A stretch of DNA of 64,000 nucleotides from an uncultured Devosia sp. (GTDB taxonomy: Bacteria > Pseudomonadota > Alphaproteobacteria > Rhizobiales > Devosiaceae), in NCBI GenBank assembly GCA_963517015.1, contig CAUQDV010000003.1, forward strand, positions 133,522-197,521. Direction: 5' to 3'. Under the pieces are notes generated by a model that was not told the origin of the DNA, made no database searches, and saw only the letters and a program-made list of their open reading frames with translations. Below are positions 40,125 to 50,975 of the stretch, piece by piece. Both the position numbers and the translations under genes were made by a program. Position 1 is the first letter of the stretch. The number at the start of each line of letters is the position of its first letter.

Positions 40125-40595
40125 TTGAGCGACAACAGTCTTCATCTCGTACCCGTCCACCAGGGCGACTATCCCAATGCCAGGGACAAAGCGCACCAGG
40201 CCCTGGCCTTTCTCGTTGAAAGAGACATGGTGGAGGCTCAGCCATCCGACTGCACGCTTGCGACAGCTCCTGGCCACCGTTTCCTGCCGGGTGCCAGGGA
40301 GCTGTTTGAGGATGGCGATGCAATCCATCTCGGTCTCGCCGTGTCTGGCGTCAGTCTCGAATGCGAAGGCCGTCGGGCTTTCCACCCCATGGAAAGCGCG
40401 GATTTGAACCTGACCTGCGCCACCTGTGGCCGGGTCCATATGTTCGACGAGGCGGTCGAATTCATTCCCGGCTGGCTGTCCGGCGAACAGGAATTTCCCC
40501 GCTGTCTGGCCTGTGGTACCGCGCGGCATCTTGCTGAGTGGAATTGTCAGCCCGAATGGGCCTTCAGCAATCTGGGTCTCACCTTCTGGAATGGC
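40125..40595 (+). pseudogene. Cys-rich (2x CxxC) hypothetical protein, 3' truncated
   Basis: LTCATCG...CLACG...W...P.WAFSNLGLTFWN, then reads into the antisense of a convergent gene. Confidence 0.5.
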
Positions 40596-40816
40596 GGCAC
40601 GTCGTCCGAACGTTCGACGAGCACGGCGCAATCAATATCCTCCCGCTCAGACAGTTCGCGAGGGTACCCCGGTCGCACTTCACCCCGGCTGGGGTCCATT
40701 TCTCGCGAGATGTCCGCAATGCGCTCCGCCAAGGCGATACACTCGGGAGGTACGCCGGCGAATGAAGGTGTCGAGACAATCGCCAAGATGGCCACTAACA
40801 GAGAACGCTTTATCAT
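40590..40816 (-). pseudogene. Secreted protein N-terminus, truncated
   Basis: MIKRSLLVAILAIVSTPSFA signal peptide; collides with the convergent ORF near 40595. Confidence 0.45.
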
Positions 40817-40953
40817 TGATGGGTCCACCCCGTCGGTCTACGATTTCCAACGTTGTATCAGCGTGTTGAGGCCGCGTCCCGTTGATAGCGACAGCAGGAC
40901 GGACCGCGTAGCGCCGAACCGAAGGGTCACCTGCGCCGCCTGTGGAGAGTAAC

Positions 40954-41454
40954 ATGAGGAAAATTCTGCACGTAACGATCTCGCTGGCAGCGTTGCTGCC
41001 CCTCCCGGCCGTCGCGGCGCCGACGTGCTTCTCGCGAGTTTACTCGCCCGATCATCTCGATAACAATCCTGGCCAGCAGGTCGCCCAAATCCGAGCTCTG
41101 CACATCCCCAGGATCAACGACATGCCGGAAAGTTATGACATCCGCGTCAGGTTCCGCGACGACACTCGGGAGTTCTCTGCCATAACATATTGCGACGATA
41201 TCGACGGCACGACGACCTGTATGATCGAATGCGATGGCGGGATCGTTCTTCCAACGTTCGATCAAAGTGGTCGATTGCGATTGAACACCGAGTATCTGCG
41301 CGCGGAATACGCGAGATCGGCGGCAGAGGAGATTGGCTGCGCGGAACCAGTGACGCGTTCGATTGCCGATGTTTCGCCATCAGGAGATGCCATGCCGACG
41401 GTATTTCTTCTGCATTCAGAAGAACCTGGGCTGTGCGACTGGGACGGTCGATAA
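40954..41454 (+). CDS. Secreted Cys-rich hypothetical protein
   Basis: Signal peptide; CFSRVY...HL..NP.QQV and CMIECDGG motifs; GGAG RBS. Confidence 0.7.
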   Translation: MRKILHVTISLAALLPLPAVAAPTCFSRVYSPDHLDNNPGQQVAQIRALHIPRINDMPESYDIRVRFRDDTREFSAITYCDDIDGTTTCMIECDGGIVLPTFDQSGRLRLNTEYLRAEYARSAAEEIGCAEPVTRSIADVSPSGDAMPTVFLLHSEEPGLCDWDGR

Positions 41455-41511
41455 GTCCGGCAGTCCAAATTGACGACATGGAATACAGCCTATGACCCAG
41501 ATTAAGCGCTC

Positions 41512-41988
41512 ATGATTGCCTCTGCCACACTTTCGATTGCTGCTGGTGTTCTCATGTGCCTTTTTACGGCATTCCCCCAGCCCATGGCGCAATCGACGTC
41601 GATCTATGAAGACAGCGCCGTCATACCGCCAAACGCCGCCTATGTCGGCACCGCCGACGGTGGCCAATTCATAGTTCTGGAACGGCGGGACATTCCATCC
41701 GATGACGGCAACGCACAGGTCGGGTTCTATATGCAGGTCTTTTATGCCTGGTCCACCGGCGGGCCCTACGGGAGAGAGCGCATAGGCGATCTCGCATTTG
41801 AAGGTAACACAGTCTACGTCCCACCGCCGGGATTGCCGCCTGACCTCCAGGTGCCGACGGTAGACTACATCCTTGGCACCACGGACGGGGATGCAAATTC
41901 CTCCTTTGAAGACGGTGTGCTGTCCATCCGCATGCCGGAGACCCACGGGAGTCAAAGCAAATGGATATCCCGCCTCGTACCCTTTTAA
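41512..41988 (+). CDS. Secreted hypothetical protein
   Basis: Signal-like N-terminus (PMA-Q); coherent acidic coding sequence. Confidence 0.55.
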   Translation: MIASATLSIAAGVLMCLFTAFPQPMAQSTSIYEDSAVIPPNAAYVGTADGGQFIVLERRDIPSDDGNAQVGFYMQVFYAWSTGGPYGRERIGDLAFEGNTVYVPPPGLPPDLQVPTVDYILGTTDGDANSSFEDGVLSIRMPETHGSQSKWISRLVPF

Positions 41989-42081
41989 TGGAGCTGGAAC
42001 GCGATTATGCGGCAACGTTTATGCGCTCGGGCGGCATCCATGCAATTGTCGGTTCATCATCAACAATCGAAGGGTCTGGTC

Positions 42082-42561
42082 ATGGTCCGCGTTCGCGCCA
42101 CCGTCTTGATGGTCGCCTGTTCAATGGCCATCGGTTTGCCGGCGGCAGCCAAGTCAGAGAGCGTTTTTACGCCTGCGCCGGGCTCAAATGAGCGCACTGC
42201 CATACTGGATGCGCTACGTAGCGGCACCGAAGTTTTCGTGGTCGAGGAGATGAATGTCCAGGTCACCGATTGCGGAGCATCGGCATTCGTTATCGCTGAT
42301 AGCGGCGGTGCCAGCGCGATTTCCGCACTTTTGGTCAGCGACAGGGATGGCCCGTGGTTGCCAATACTGATCATGAATGATGGCAGCGAGATTTGCGGAC
42401 AGGATATGGCCCACCGATTTGAGACCGTTGCTGCTGCGATTGAGGAACATGGCGGAAATGCCGACAGCATCATGCCCGGTTTCTCGGAATTGGTCGTAGA
42501 AGTAGCATCGTCAGACGGTCTGCATTGCCTTCCTGACGTCTCTTTTCCGTCCCTCGAATAG
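42082..42561 (+). CDS. Secreted hypothetical protein
   Basis: Signal peptide; TPAPGSNERTAILDALR motif. Confidence 0.65.
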   Translation: MVRVRATVLMVACSMAIGLPAAAKSESVFTPAPGSNERTAILDALRSGTEVFVVEEMNVQVTDCGASAFVIADSGGASAISALLVSDRDGPWLPILIMNDGSEICGQDMAHRFETVAAAIEEHGGNADSIMPGFSELVVEVASSDGLHCLPDVSFPSLE

Positions 42562-42655
42562 GGTCGCAGTAGCAATCGTCTTTGCCGATTGCCCTTGATG
42601 CAAGCCCGCCTCTGGCAAGGGTTGGCCCCGCCGCCCGCGCTATGCACCTATGAAG

Positions 42656-43060
42656 CTAGATCTCGGGACTTTCCGCTGGTGCCCTAGCGATATGCGCGAG
42701 GATCAATTCTCGCGTCACCCGCTGATTGCCCGGATATTCGTTGAAGCGGGACGAAACTGCGGGGCCGTAGCCGGACAGGGATCGATCACTCTGGCTGGAC
42801 AGCCAGTTCGTAAATTCCTCGTCGCTGTCAAAGGTGAGTAAGGGCTCTCCGTGCGGCAGGCCATCCTGCGACTGGGAGAGGAAGAAGACGCAGGCCTTGC
42901 GATCGTGGAAGAGACCGTGGCCTGTATAGTCGCGATGCGCCCGGACAATGGCGCCCAGATCGCCAAACCATCTGTGCCGTTTCAAAAAGGCGGCCGCGTC
43001 AAGCGCCAAAGCATTGCCGAACTGCAATCCGTCATATCGATCTAAACTGAAGGATGTCAT
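42656..43060 (-). CDS. Hypothetical cytoplasmic protein
   Basis: 134-aa ORF with globular composition; ATGA overlap with an upstream gene remnant. Confidence 0.55.
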   Translation of the reverse strand: MTSFSLDRYDGLQFGNALALDAAAFLKRHRWFGDLGAIVRAHRDYTGHGLFHDRKACVFFLSQSQDGLPHGEPLLTFDSDEEFTNWLSSQSDRSLSGYGPAVSSRFNEYPGNQRVTRELILAHIARAPAESPEI

Positions 43061-43207
43061 TGGCTGATCTCGTCCGTGTACTCACCGCAATAGATCGTGT
43101 CATCGACTATGCGGAAGTAGATGTCATAGGGTCGACCGAAATTGGCCTGCATTTCCACAATTGCTGCCCTCTGCTGAATGGCCTGTCAGTCACGAATTCG
43201 CGGCCCC

Positions 43208-43801
43208 CTATTGCGCGACCAGCACGGCGCGGATCGGAATGGAAAACGTCTCCGACACGGGGATGGTACTTGCATCATTTTCGTAGGATATCGCCAGATC
43301 GAACCGCACGACAAAATCCTGCGGCGCGTTATTGGCGGGTCGGCCCCAGCTCGGCAATATACGGCTGCGAATTGCGTCAACGTGCCTTGTCCAACTGCTG
43401 ATCAGCAGATCCTCGCCGGCTCCGATTGTTTTGTGCTGCGCATTGGTGCCGCCGGTGACATCGTTGAAATCCACAGCCTGATTGGCCCTGCCTGCAGGCC
43501 AGATGGCCGTGGACCGGAAAGATCGCGCAGGGTCTAGCTGATAGCTTACAGTGACCGGTTCAGGACCTGTATTACGGATGCGCACTGTCGGCGTGTAGGG
43601 AGCAAGATTCGCGGTCCCCTGCGGCTCGATACACAAAGTGTCCGCACCGAACACCTCAAGCACCAACATACCGCTGGATTTCGTATCGAGTGTCCTGCTT
43701 TCCATACTGCATCCATCGGACGATGCCCCATTTGCAGGCGCGCAGACCAAAACTGCGGTGAGTGCTGTTTGGATAAGTTTGCCCGATATCCGCTTGAACA
43801 T
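43208..43801 (-). CDS. Secreted beta-rich hypothetical protein
   Basis: Signal peptide; V.IRNTG.EPV.V Ig-like pattern. Confidence 0.6.
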   Translation of the reverse strand: MFKRISGKLIQTALTAVLVCAPANGASSDGCSMESRTLDTKSSGMLVLEVFGADTLCIEPQGTANLAPYTPTVRIRNTGPEPVTVSYQLDPARSFRSTAIWPAGRANQAVDFNDVTGGTNAQHKTIGAGEDLLISSWTRHVDAIRSRILPSWGRPANNAPQDFVVRFDLAISYENDASTIPVSETFSIPIRAVLVAQ

Positions 43802-43824
43802 CTCTATTGCTCCCTATCGCGACT

Positions 43825-43877
43825 GTCCGAACCTAGCCCGCCACTGCCGGGCTGCGATCAACCCCATTTCGGTCATC
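43825..43877 (+). repeat. Degenerate tandem ACCCC-core repeat
   Basis: Ends GGCTGC-GAT-CAACCCC-ATT-TCGGTC-ATC; further copies at 44032-44073 and ~44507-44558. Confidence 0.6.
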
Positions 43878-44093
43878 GCGCACCTCGGGACTAGCACCGG
43901 AAGGCGGACCTGCCCAAGTCGGGTCCTTTTCAGTTTTCGGAACATCAGGATACTCCGTCGAAGCCTAAACTGCGATTCCGGGTCAAAGCAGAGACAAGTC
44001 TGCTTTGGCCTTTCCCTGGCTAATGCCGCATGTCTGCTAACTACCCCGACGACGTCGGTCTCCACTCCACGCCTTAGATGTGGCTTAGGAGAT

Positions 44094-44450
44094 CTAGACG
44101 GCAAGCTCCCGTCGGGATGCCAAAGCCAGCGCTGCGATCAAGTCATCGGGGATTGGTTTCGACGGTGAAAAGGCGACACCAGTTTTGGAAGCCTTAAGGC
44201 CAGCTGAAGCGATGTCGTCAGCATGGTGAGCAATGGCGCCTTTCGCCACGTAAAGACCGCACTGTTTGCTGAACGCACCATAGCCTGCGATGATTTTCTT
44301 CCCGAAACCAAAACCTGGCATGCCGTACTGATTGATCTCCTCAGCGTCGGGGAGAGTCCGTCTTAGCTGGTCGCGGACGTGAGCAAGCTGCGGCCGTAGA
44401 GCTTCCGGTGCAGCAGCGATATATGATGCGTGGTCGAGAAATTCCGTCAT
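44094..44450 (-). CDS. DUF1801 (YdhG-like) protein
   Basis: YIAAAP...R..L...R..LP.AEE...YGMP.F; GGAGG RBS. Confidence 0.8.
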   Translation of the reverse strand: MTEFLDHASYIAAAPEALRPQLAHVRDQLRRTLPDAEEINQYGMPGFGFGKKIIAGYGAFSKQCGLYVAKGAIAHHADDIASAGLKASKTGVAFSPSKPIPDDLIAALALASRRELAV

Positions 44451-44720
44451 GTCTGATCCTCCGCTACAGTTCGGTAATTCGCACACATAGCCATGTTCGA
44501 TTTAAGCCCGAAGTTCACCAAAACCAGACGGACTGCAAACCACCCCATTATGGACATCCGTGATAGCAAACTCTTGTTGCTCATTGACCAACTGGCAGGA
44601 CAGTTTTGGGACAACGCAACACACAAAGAGCAGTAAAGACGCCTTGAAAAAATACGAAGCCATCCTATAAGTTTCAATGCGTTAGCAGTATTGACAAAAC
44701 GGGAAAAGTCTAAAATCGAA

Positions 44721-44765
44721 CTCCGAAGGCAGAGGTCGCAGGTTCGAATCCTGTCGGGTGCGTCA
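44721..44765 (+). repeat. att site: displaced 3' half of tRNA-Arg(CCG), copy 2
   Basis: CTCCGAAGGCAGAGGTCGCAGGTTCGAATCCTGTCGGGTGCGTCA; begins exactly at the anticodon loop. Confidence 0.9.
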
Positions 44766-45132
44766 AGTTTTATATTTAAATTCAGTTACTTAAGCTTCTG
44801 TTCTGTAGGATTTTGATCCTCAATCAAGCGGCTTGCAGGCTTTATACCGATCTAAAAAGCCCAATCCTTTCAAAGGCGCCCAAATCCGCGAATACTGCAA
44901 CGAGGGGCTGATATGCGCTCTGATAGCGTTGGTATGCTCCGCACTATCGCAATATCTGGAAATCCTTGTCATGCTCTTCTGCGTCTCCATGGCGATCAAG
45001 AGCTGGCAGAGCATGACTACGACAGATATCTGGCACGATTCTCAAGGGAAAGTTTCTCACGGCGGAGGCTGCGACCAAAGCGATGAAGGCTGGCGGCGGT
45101 TCTATCTTTCAGACCGAGTCCGTTTGGGCGAT

Positions 45133-45246
45133 CTAAGTACTGGGCGCGCCGCCCTCAATTGTCAGCCCAAGATCGGTGAAGAACGCGACCTTCACGTCGA
45201 GATCCTCGAAGGCAATCCCAACATTGTCCATCCGCCTAGGCGCCAT
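45133..45246 (-). pseudogene. VOC/glyoxalase-family N-terminal fragment
   Basis: Manual translation MAPRRMDNVGIAFEDLDVKVAFFTDLGLTIEGGAPST*; AGGAG RBS upstream. Confidence 0.65.
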
Positions 45247-45313
45247 AGCCGCAGCTCCTGAGCCTATCAGCCGATACTCACAAAACAGATTGCATGATCC
45301 AAGTGGTTTTCAC

Positions 45314-46528
45314 TCAAGCGCCTGCGCCCATCAGCCTAGCACGGTGTGCATAGACCGCGTCCTCGTCATAATGCTCGCCCGATTGCGCCGCCTGCTCGAC
45401 GAGGCGCGCCAGCCGCGCCCTATCGAAATGCAGCGCCACCACAGCCCCGGCCAGCGCCTCGACATCATCGCGTGGCGTCAATAGGGCACCACCGTGCTCT
45501 TCAGCTAGGCCCTTCGCATAGGCCGAGTCATAGCCTACCATCGGGCAACCCGACACCAGTGTCTCGATCAGGCACCGCGCCGATTCCATAGTCTTGTGAC
45601 AGAAGAGCAGCATGTCGCTGTCGCGCAGCGCTGCCAGCAGTTTCTCGCGATCCGTCTCGAACCCGGGCAACATGATCTTGTCGCCCAGCGAGGCCGCCTC
45701 GACCCGCTGCCGCATCTTATCGATATCAGGCCCATCCCCGATCCAGCGCGCCCGAAAGGGCACGCCGCGCCCGTTCAGAATTTCGAGGACACCCAGCCAG
45801 TCCCCGGTCCCCTTCATCGTCGCCGCGCGACCTGTGTATACGATTTCAAGCGGCGCGCCCGATCTGATCCGGGCCAGCTTGCCTTGTAGCTGCGCCGCGC
45901 CGATCTGGTCTGTCGCCGTCGTATGCGTATCGTATATGCAGTGCGGGTCGGGCGCCGAGGCCCTGAAGTAATTGAATGTATCCATGCCTTGCAGCAGAGC
46001 CCTTCGGCTACTGCCGAGGATGAATCGCTGATAGCGATCCATCAGTGGCAACTCGATTGTAGACTTGACCCTGCGCTTGAGCGATGACCCCGCCATCGCC
46101 TGCCGGATGATCTGCGGCTCGACGCGATCGATCCAGACGACATAGTCGCGCTTCTGCTTGCGCGCCTCTAGCGCTGCAATGGCCGGCCAGTCACCAATCA
46201 GCCCGCCAATGGTGAAGCACAGATGCTCATGCTCTGCAATCGCTCCCCGCAGCGTCTTCCGCACGGACCTATAATGCTTGATCATACGCGACAAGGCATA
46301 GCCGTCGGGCAGCACAATGGTCCTGCAGTCTGCCGTACCTAGCTGCTGCTCAAGAGCCACCCAGGCCGATGAACTGCCCGCCCCCTCGGCGGTCATTCCC
46401 ACATAAGTCACTCGATCGAAGTGCTTCCGCCACTGGGCAATCCCCCTGGCTGTCTGTTCATCGATGAAAGTGCCGTCGGCACTTTCGTGGATCGGAACAT
46501 GCGTCACCACCAAGATACTGCTTGCCAC
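45314..46528 (-). CDS. GT4-like glycosyltransferase
   Basis: VYTGRA..MKG, WIGDGP, ESARCLIETLVSGCP; GGAGG before the GTG start. Confidence 0.85.
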   Translation of the reverse strand: MASSILVVTHVPIHESADGTFIDEQTARGIAQWRKHFDRVTYVGMTAEGAGSSSAWVALEQQLGTADCRTIVLPDGYALSRMIKHYRSVRKTLRGAIAEHEHLCFTIGGLIGDWPAIAALEARKQKRDYVVWIDRVEPQIIRQAMAGSSLKRRVKSTIELPLMDRYQRFILGSSRRALLQGMDTFNYFRASAPDPHCIYDTHTTATDQIGAAQLQGKLARIRSGAPLEIVYTGRAATMKGTGDWLGVLEILNGRGVPFRARWIGDGPDIDKMRQRVEAASLGDKIMLPGFETDREKLLAALRDSDMLLFCHKTMESARCLIETLVSGCPMVGYDSAYAKGLAEEHGGALLTPRDDVEALAGAVVALHFDRARLARLVEQAAQSGEHYDEDAVYAHRARLMGAGA

Positions 46529-46684
46529 GTCGCCTCCCCACGCGAATGATAATGAGGTCATACAACTATTCAGACATGACATCCTGAATACTGGACAAAT
46601 CGCCGGGAGAAAAGCCATGGCTTCGCACAAAACGGCCCCGAAATGGACCGGAGCCCACTTTCAATTCTGCGCTGGAAACGAAGC

Positions 46685-46801
46685 TTATGCGGCGTCATAG
46701 CCGTAGTCTTCGAGCACCCGGACCGGACCTAAGTCCTGACCCTTAGCGAAGTCGCGATCGTTGAATTCGATCACGGCCATCGGGGCGTTGTCGCCGTAGC
46801 G
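46685..46801 (-). pseudogene. rplQ: Orphan 3' fragment of ribosomal protein L17
   Basis: Manual translation RYGDNAPMAVIEFNDRDFAKGQDLGPVRVLEDYGYDAA*, matching the alphaproteobacterial L17 C-terminal pattern. Confidence 0.75.
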
Positions 46802-47715
46802 GACCCTTCGCCTCTATGTTGGGCTTACCTTCGCTTTTAGCCTTCCCTTGGACCAAGCTAATCCTGCGATAGCTTGGCTTGCTGGGTGCCGAATCTGCTT
46901 GCTGCGGAATGGTATTTTCGTCGTCATGACATTGTCCCTTTGCCAGTGTGATAGCCAAAAAGCTGTCAGCCGACCGTTAGGCTAAAGCCTATGGGGAAGG
47001 GCAATTATCAACCTAAATGAATTGCTCGTGATCTGGAGGAATTGGCCGGCTACGATGCTTCGAACAGACCTCGCGAGCCACGATGGTGGGCGGGCAAACC
47101 ACCTCAACTCCTGCATCCTTGCCACCGTGCGGGGTTGTCTTAGGATAAACCTTGATGGACGGAACTCGCATCTCCCAGTAATATTTAGGACCATTGGTGT
47201 GGCAATCTGTCATCGATATTTTATTCCACGATGCCAATGTACGCCACAAAATTGCTCGTGTCGGAGACTTGTTTTTAAAGTGGCGCCGATAGAACCTGAC
47301 ATTTACAAAGCTAGTTAGCTATTTGGGATTCTAGTGAACAAGTTTGTTCTCTTTGCCATTGCTGGTGCACTGTCGACCTAGACAGCATTTGCTGCTAATC
47401 TGATCAATCCGCTTCCAACCAGACACCGACATATGAGGCCGACTTTAACTGGACCGGTTTCGCAACAGGCGAAAAAGTCTCCCAAAAAAACCAGTCGACA
47501 TTGGCCCCATACACCCCGCGATTTACTGCGGGAATGCATACCGAGATGGGTGCGTGGTGTATGTCGGGTAAGAACCTACAAATCGAATTTGTGATGATGC
47601 TCATCGGCTGCCTGCACGGGCAGCAGACCGGGGCCCGTCGGCAACCCCTCGGGGTCCACCACAGCTTAGTCGATTCTGGAAAGGCCCGGACGCGGCTGGG
47701 CTGGCATTACCCGGC

Positions 47716-48597
47716 CTAGGGTCCCGGTTCGGCCAGCACCTGCATGTCGTCGGCATCGCGTCGAGGCGGGGCACCGAAGAAGCGCTTGTACTCGCGGGAA
47801 AACTGCGATGCGCTCTCGTAGCCGACCGCATAGCCGACGGACGCCGCTTCCGCGCGTTCCGTGATCAGCCGGCGCCGCGCTTCGTGCAGCCGGATATGCT
47901 TTTGATACTGTAGCGGGGTGATCCCCGTGACCGCCTTGAACCGCCGGTGAAACACGGAAACGCTCATGCCCGCCACTTCCGCCATGGCGTCGATGCTCAG
48001 GCGGTCGGCGAAATGCTGCTTGATCCAGGCCATGGCCCGCCGGACATGGGCGAGTCGCGAATCTGCATTGGCAATCTGCCGGAGCAGCCCGCCCTGCGGC
48101 CCCATCAGCAGCCTGAAGATGAGTTCATGCTCCAGATGATGCGCCATGACGCGAGCCTCATCGGGCTGGTCCAGCAGATTGGCAAAGCGCCGCCACGTAT
48201 CGATCTGTGCCGGGCTGGCTTGGGTAACGCCGAAACCAGATTGCAAGGACGGCTCCGGCTGCCGGGCCATGTCCAGCAGCAGGCTTGATATCACCGCCGG
48301 GTCGAGCAGCAGGTTCAGCGCCAGATAGGGTTCGTCCGGGCTGGCTTCGCACACCTGTCCCATGGCCGTCAGCTCGGCCGCGACCACGATATATTCGCCG
48401 GCGCCATATTCGAGCACGGTGTCGCCGATGAAGGTGCGCTTGCGTCCCTGCAGCACCAGGCACACCACAGGTTCATAGATGAGCCCCGCTGCATCGGTCA
48501 GGTCGTCGATGCGATAGACCAGCACGCGCGGCAGTGCCGGATTGTGTCGGCCCGCGTGGCGCAGCGCAATGGCGCGAATGTCGTCAAGCTCACTCAT
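47716..48597 (-). CDS. AraC-family regulator (YqhC-like)
   Basis: YEPVVCLVLQGRK; TPLQYQK..RL.EARR, VGYESASQFSREYKRFFG. Confidence 0.93.
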   Translation of the reverse strand: MSELDDIRAIALRHAGRHNPALPRVLVYRIDDLTDAAGLIYEPVVCLVLQGRKRTFIGDTVLEYGAGEYIVVAAELTAMGQVCEASPDEPYLALNLLLDPAVISSLLLDMARQPEPSLQSGFGVTQASPAQIDTWRRFANLLDQPDEARVMAHHLEHELIFRLLMGPQGGLLRQIANADSRLAHVRRAMAWIKQHFADRLSIDAMAEVAGMSVSVFHRRFKAVTGITPLQYQKHIRLHEARRRLITERAEAASVGYAVGYESASQFSREYKRFFGAPPRRDADDMQVLAEPGP

Positions 48598-48599
48598 GA

Positions 48600-49703
<1,104 letters not shown>

Positions 49704-49757
49704 ACGCAGGACGGCGGCGCGACAGCGTCGCCGTTCATTTCGGAAATGGACGGGCCA

Positions 49758-49934
49758 TCACGACCAGACGTTATAGTCCTTTCCGGCAAAGCCATCCTCC
49801 CAGGCTTCATCCCAATTGGCTTCGTCGGCGTTCTTCTTGCCGCGATGGGGATTGGTGTTCTTGTCCTTTTCACTGGCGCCGGCGGTCCAGCCTGCCAGCC
49901 GGACCTGCTCCACATGCCGTTTGTCGTCTGCCAT
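49758..49934 (-). CDS. Small Rmf/CrpP-like protein
   Basis: 58 aa with G..AG.......NP........W..AW.DG pattern. Confidence 0.5.
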   Translation of the reverse strand: MADDKRHVEQVRLAGWTAGASEKDKNTNPHRGKKNADEANWDEAWEDGFAGKDYNVWS

Positions 49935-49935
49935 C

Positions 49936-50880
49936 TCAGTCTCCGGTTTGCTTGGGCACAGGAAGGTCCAGTGCCGATGTTCGATTGCTCGCCTCTGCAT
50001 ACTGGCTCGGCGGCATGCCGGCAAACCGGGAAAAGGCCACGCTGAACGCACTGGCCGAGCCATAGCCGATCCGCCGCGCCACTTCCTTCATCCCGCCATC
50101 GCGGCGGCGCAACATGTCCTTGGCCAGCGCCATGCGCCACGACAGCAGATATTCCATCGGCGCCATGCCTGTCAGCTTCTGAAACCTGTCAAAGAACACC
50201 GAGCGGGACAGCATGGCCGTCGCCGCCAGGTCTTCTACGCTCCAGGCTTTGGCCGGCGCTTCATGCATCTGGCGGATCGCTGGTCCCAGGTGGCGGTCCG
50301 CAAGACCCCGCAACAGTCCCGGTGTTTCCAACCCCGCCGCGTCCGAGCGCAGGGCCTCGATCAGCAGCAATTGCAGCAACCGCTCCAGCACGACCTCTCT
50401 CGCCGGTCTTGCCGCCTGCGCCTCGCTGCGGATCATCCGCACAAGGTCCGTCAGGCGTGGCTGGCCGCGCACCAGCAGCAGGCAGGGCAGCAGGGCGAAC
50501 ACCAGCGTGCTGTCCGGCGATCCGAAGGCCAGCCGGCCGATCAGCACGCGCATGTTGGGCGTCCCTGTCGGGTCGCCATGCCGGGTTTCGTCACCCAGCC
50601 GTGTCACCCGAAGGGGATCCGTGCCGTCGTCCGGTGTGTCCGCTGTGCTCGCCATCTTGAAGCGGTAGGCAGCGGGAATGAGCACGAAGTCATTCTCTTC
50701 CAGCGCGATGTCGGGTTCGTCATTGACCGACAGCCGCGTCGAGCCTTCGAGAATTACCGCAAAGAACGGGCTGCCGTCACTTGGGGCATCGACGCGCCAA
50801 TGCCCCGACCCGCTCGCCGTTTTGGAAAACGGCAGGCTGGGCTGAAGCATGGTCACGATCTCGGCCAGCGGATCGATCAT
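49936..50880 (-). CDS. AraC-family regulator (RclR-like, cupin N-terminus)
   Basis: MIDPLAE, WSVEDLA...SRS.F, PMEYL.WRM, GYGSASAFS.AF. Confidence 0.93.
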   Translation of the reverse strand: MIDPLAEIVTMLQPSLPFSKTASGSGHWRVDAPSDGSPFFAVILEGSTRLSVNDEPDIALEENDFVLIPAAYRFKMASTADTPDDGTDPLRVTRLGDETRHGDPTGTPNMRVLIGRLAFGSPDSTLVFALLPCLLLVRGQPRLTDLVRMIRSEAQAARPAREVVLERLLQLLLIEALRSDAAGLETPGLLRGLADRHLGPAIRQMHEAPAKAWSVEDLAATAMLSRSVFFDRFQKLTGMAPMEYLLSWRMALAKDMLRRRDGGMKEVARRIGYGSASAFSVAFSRFAGMPPSQYAEASNRTSALDLPVPKQTGD

Positions 50881-50975
50881 TTGGACGCTCGCTAATGCAA
50901 TCAGGATGCATCGTGATAGCGCGTCCCGGCTGCGCCGTCCACATAGGGAGCGTTGGACTACGAAAGGACTTTGAC

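Larger units (their letters stand above)
34237..44765. mobile_element. Integrated element 2 (decayed; no integrase seen)
   Basis: Lies between two displaced tRNA 3' halves; contains truncated genes, an IS110 and small accessory ORFs. Confidence 0.7.

Noticed and set aside
37256..44558. CRISPR array or classical integron
   Set aside because: Repeats are degenerate and irregularly spaced by whole genes; no cas genes, no IntI, no attC core ends.
46810..47715. Short ORFs in the AT-richer segment
   Set aside because: No recognisable family and frequent stops; cannot support a call.
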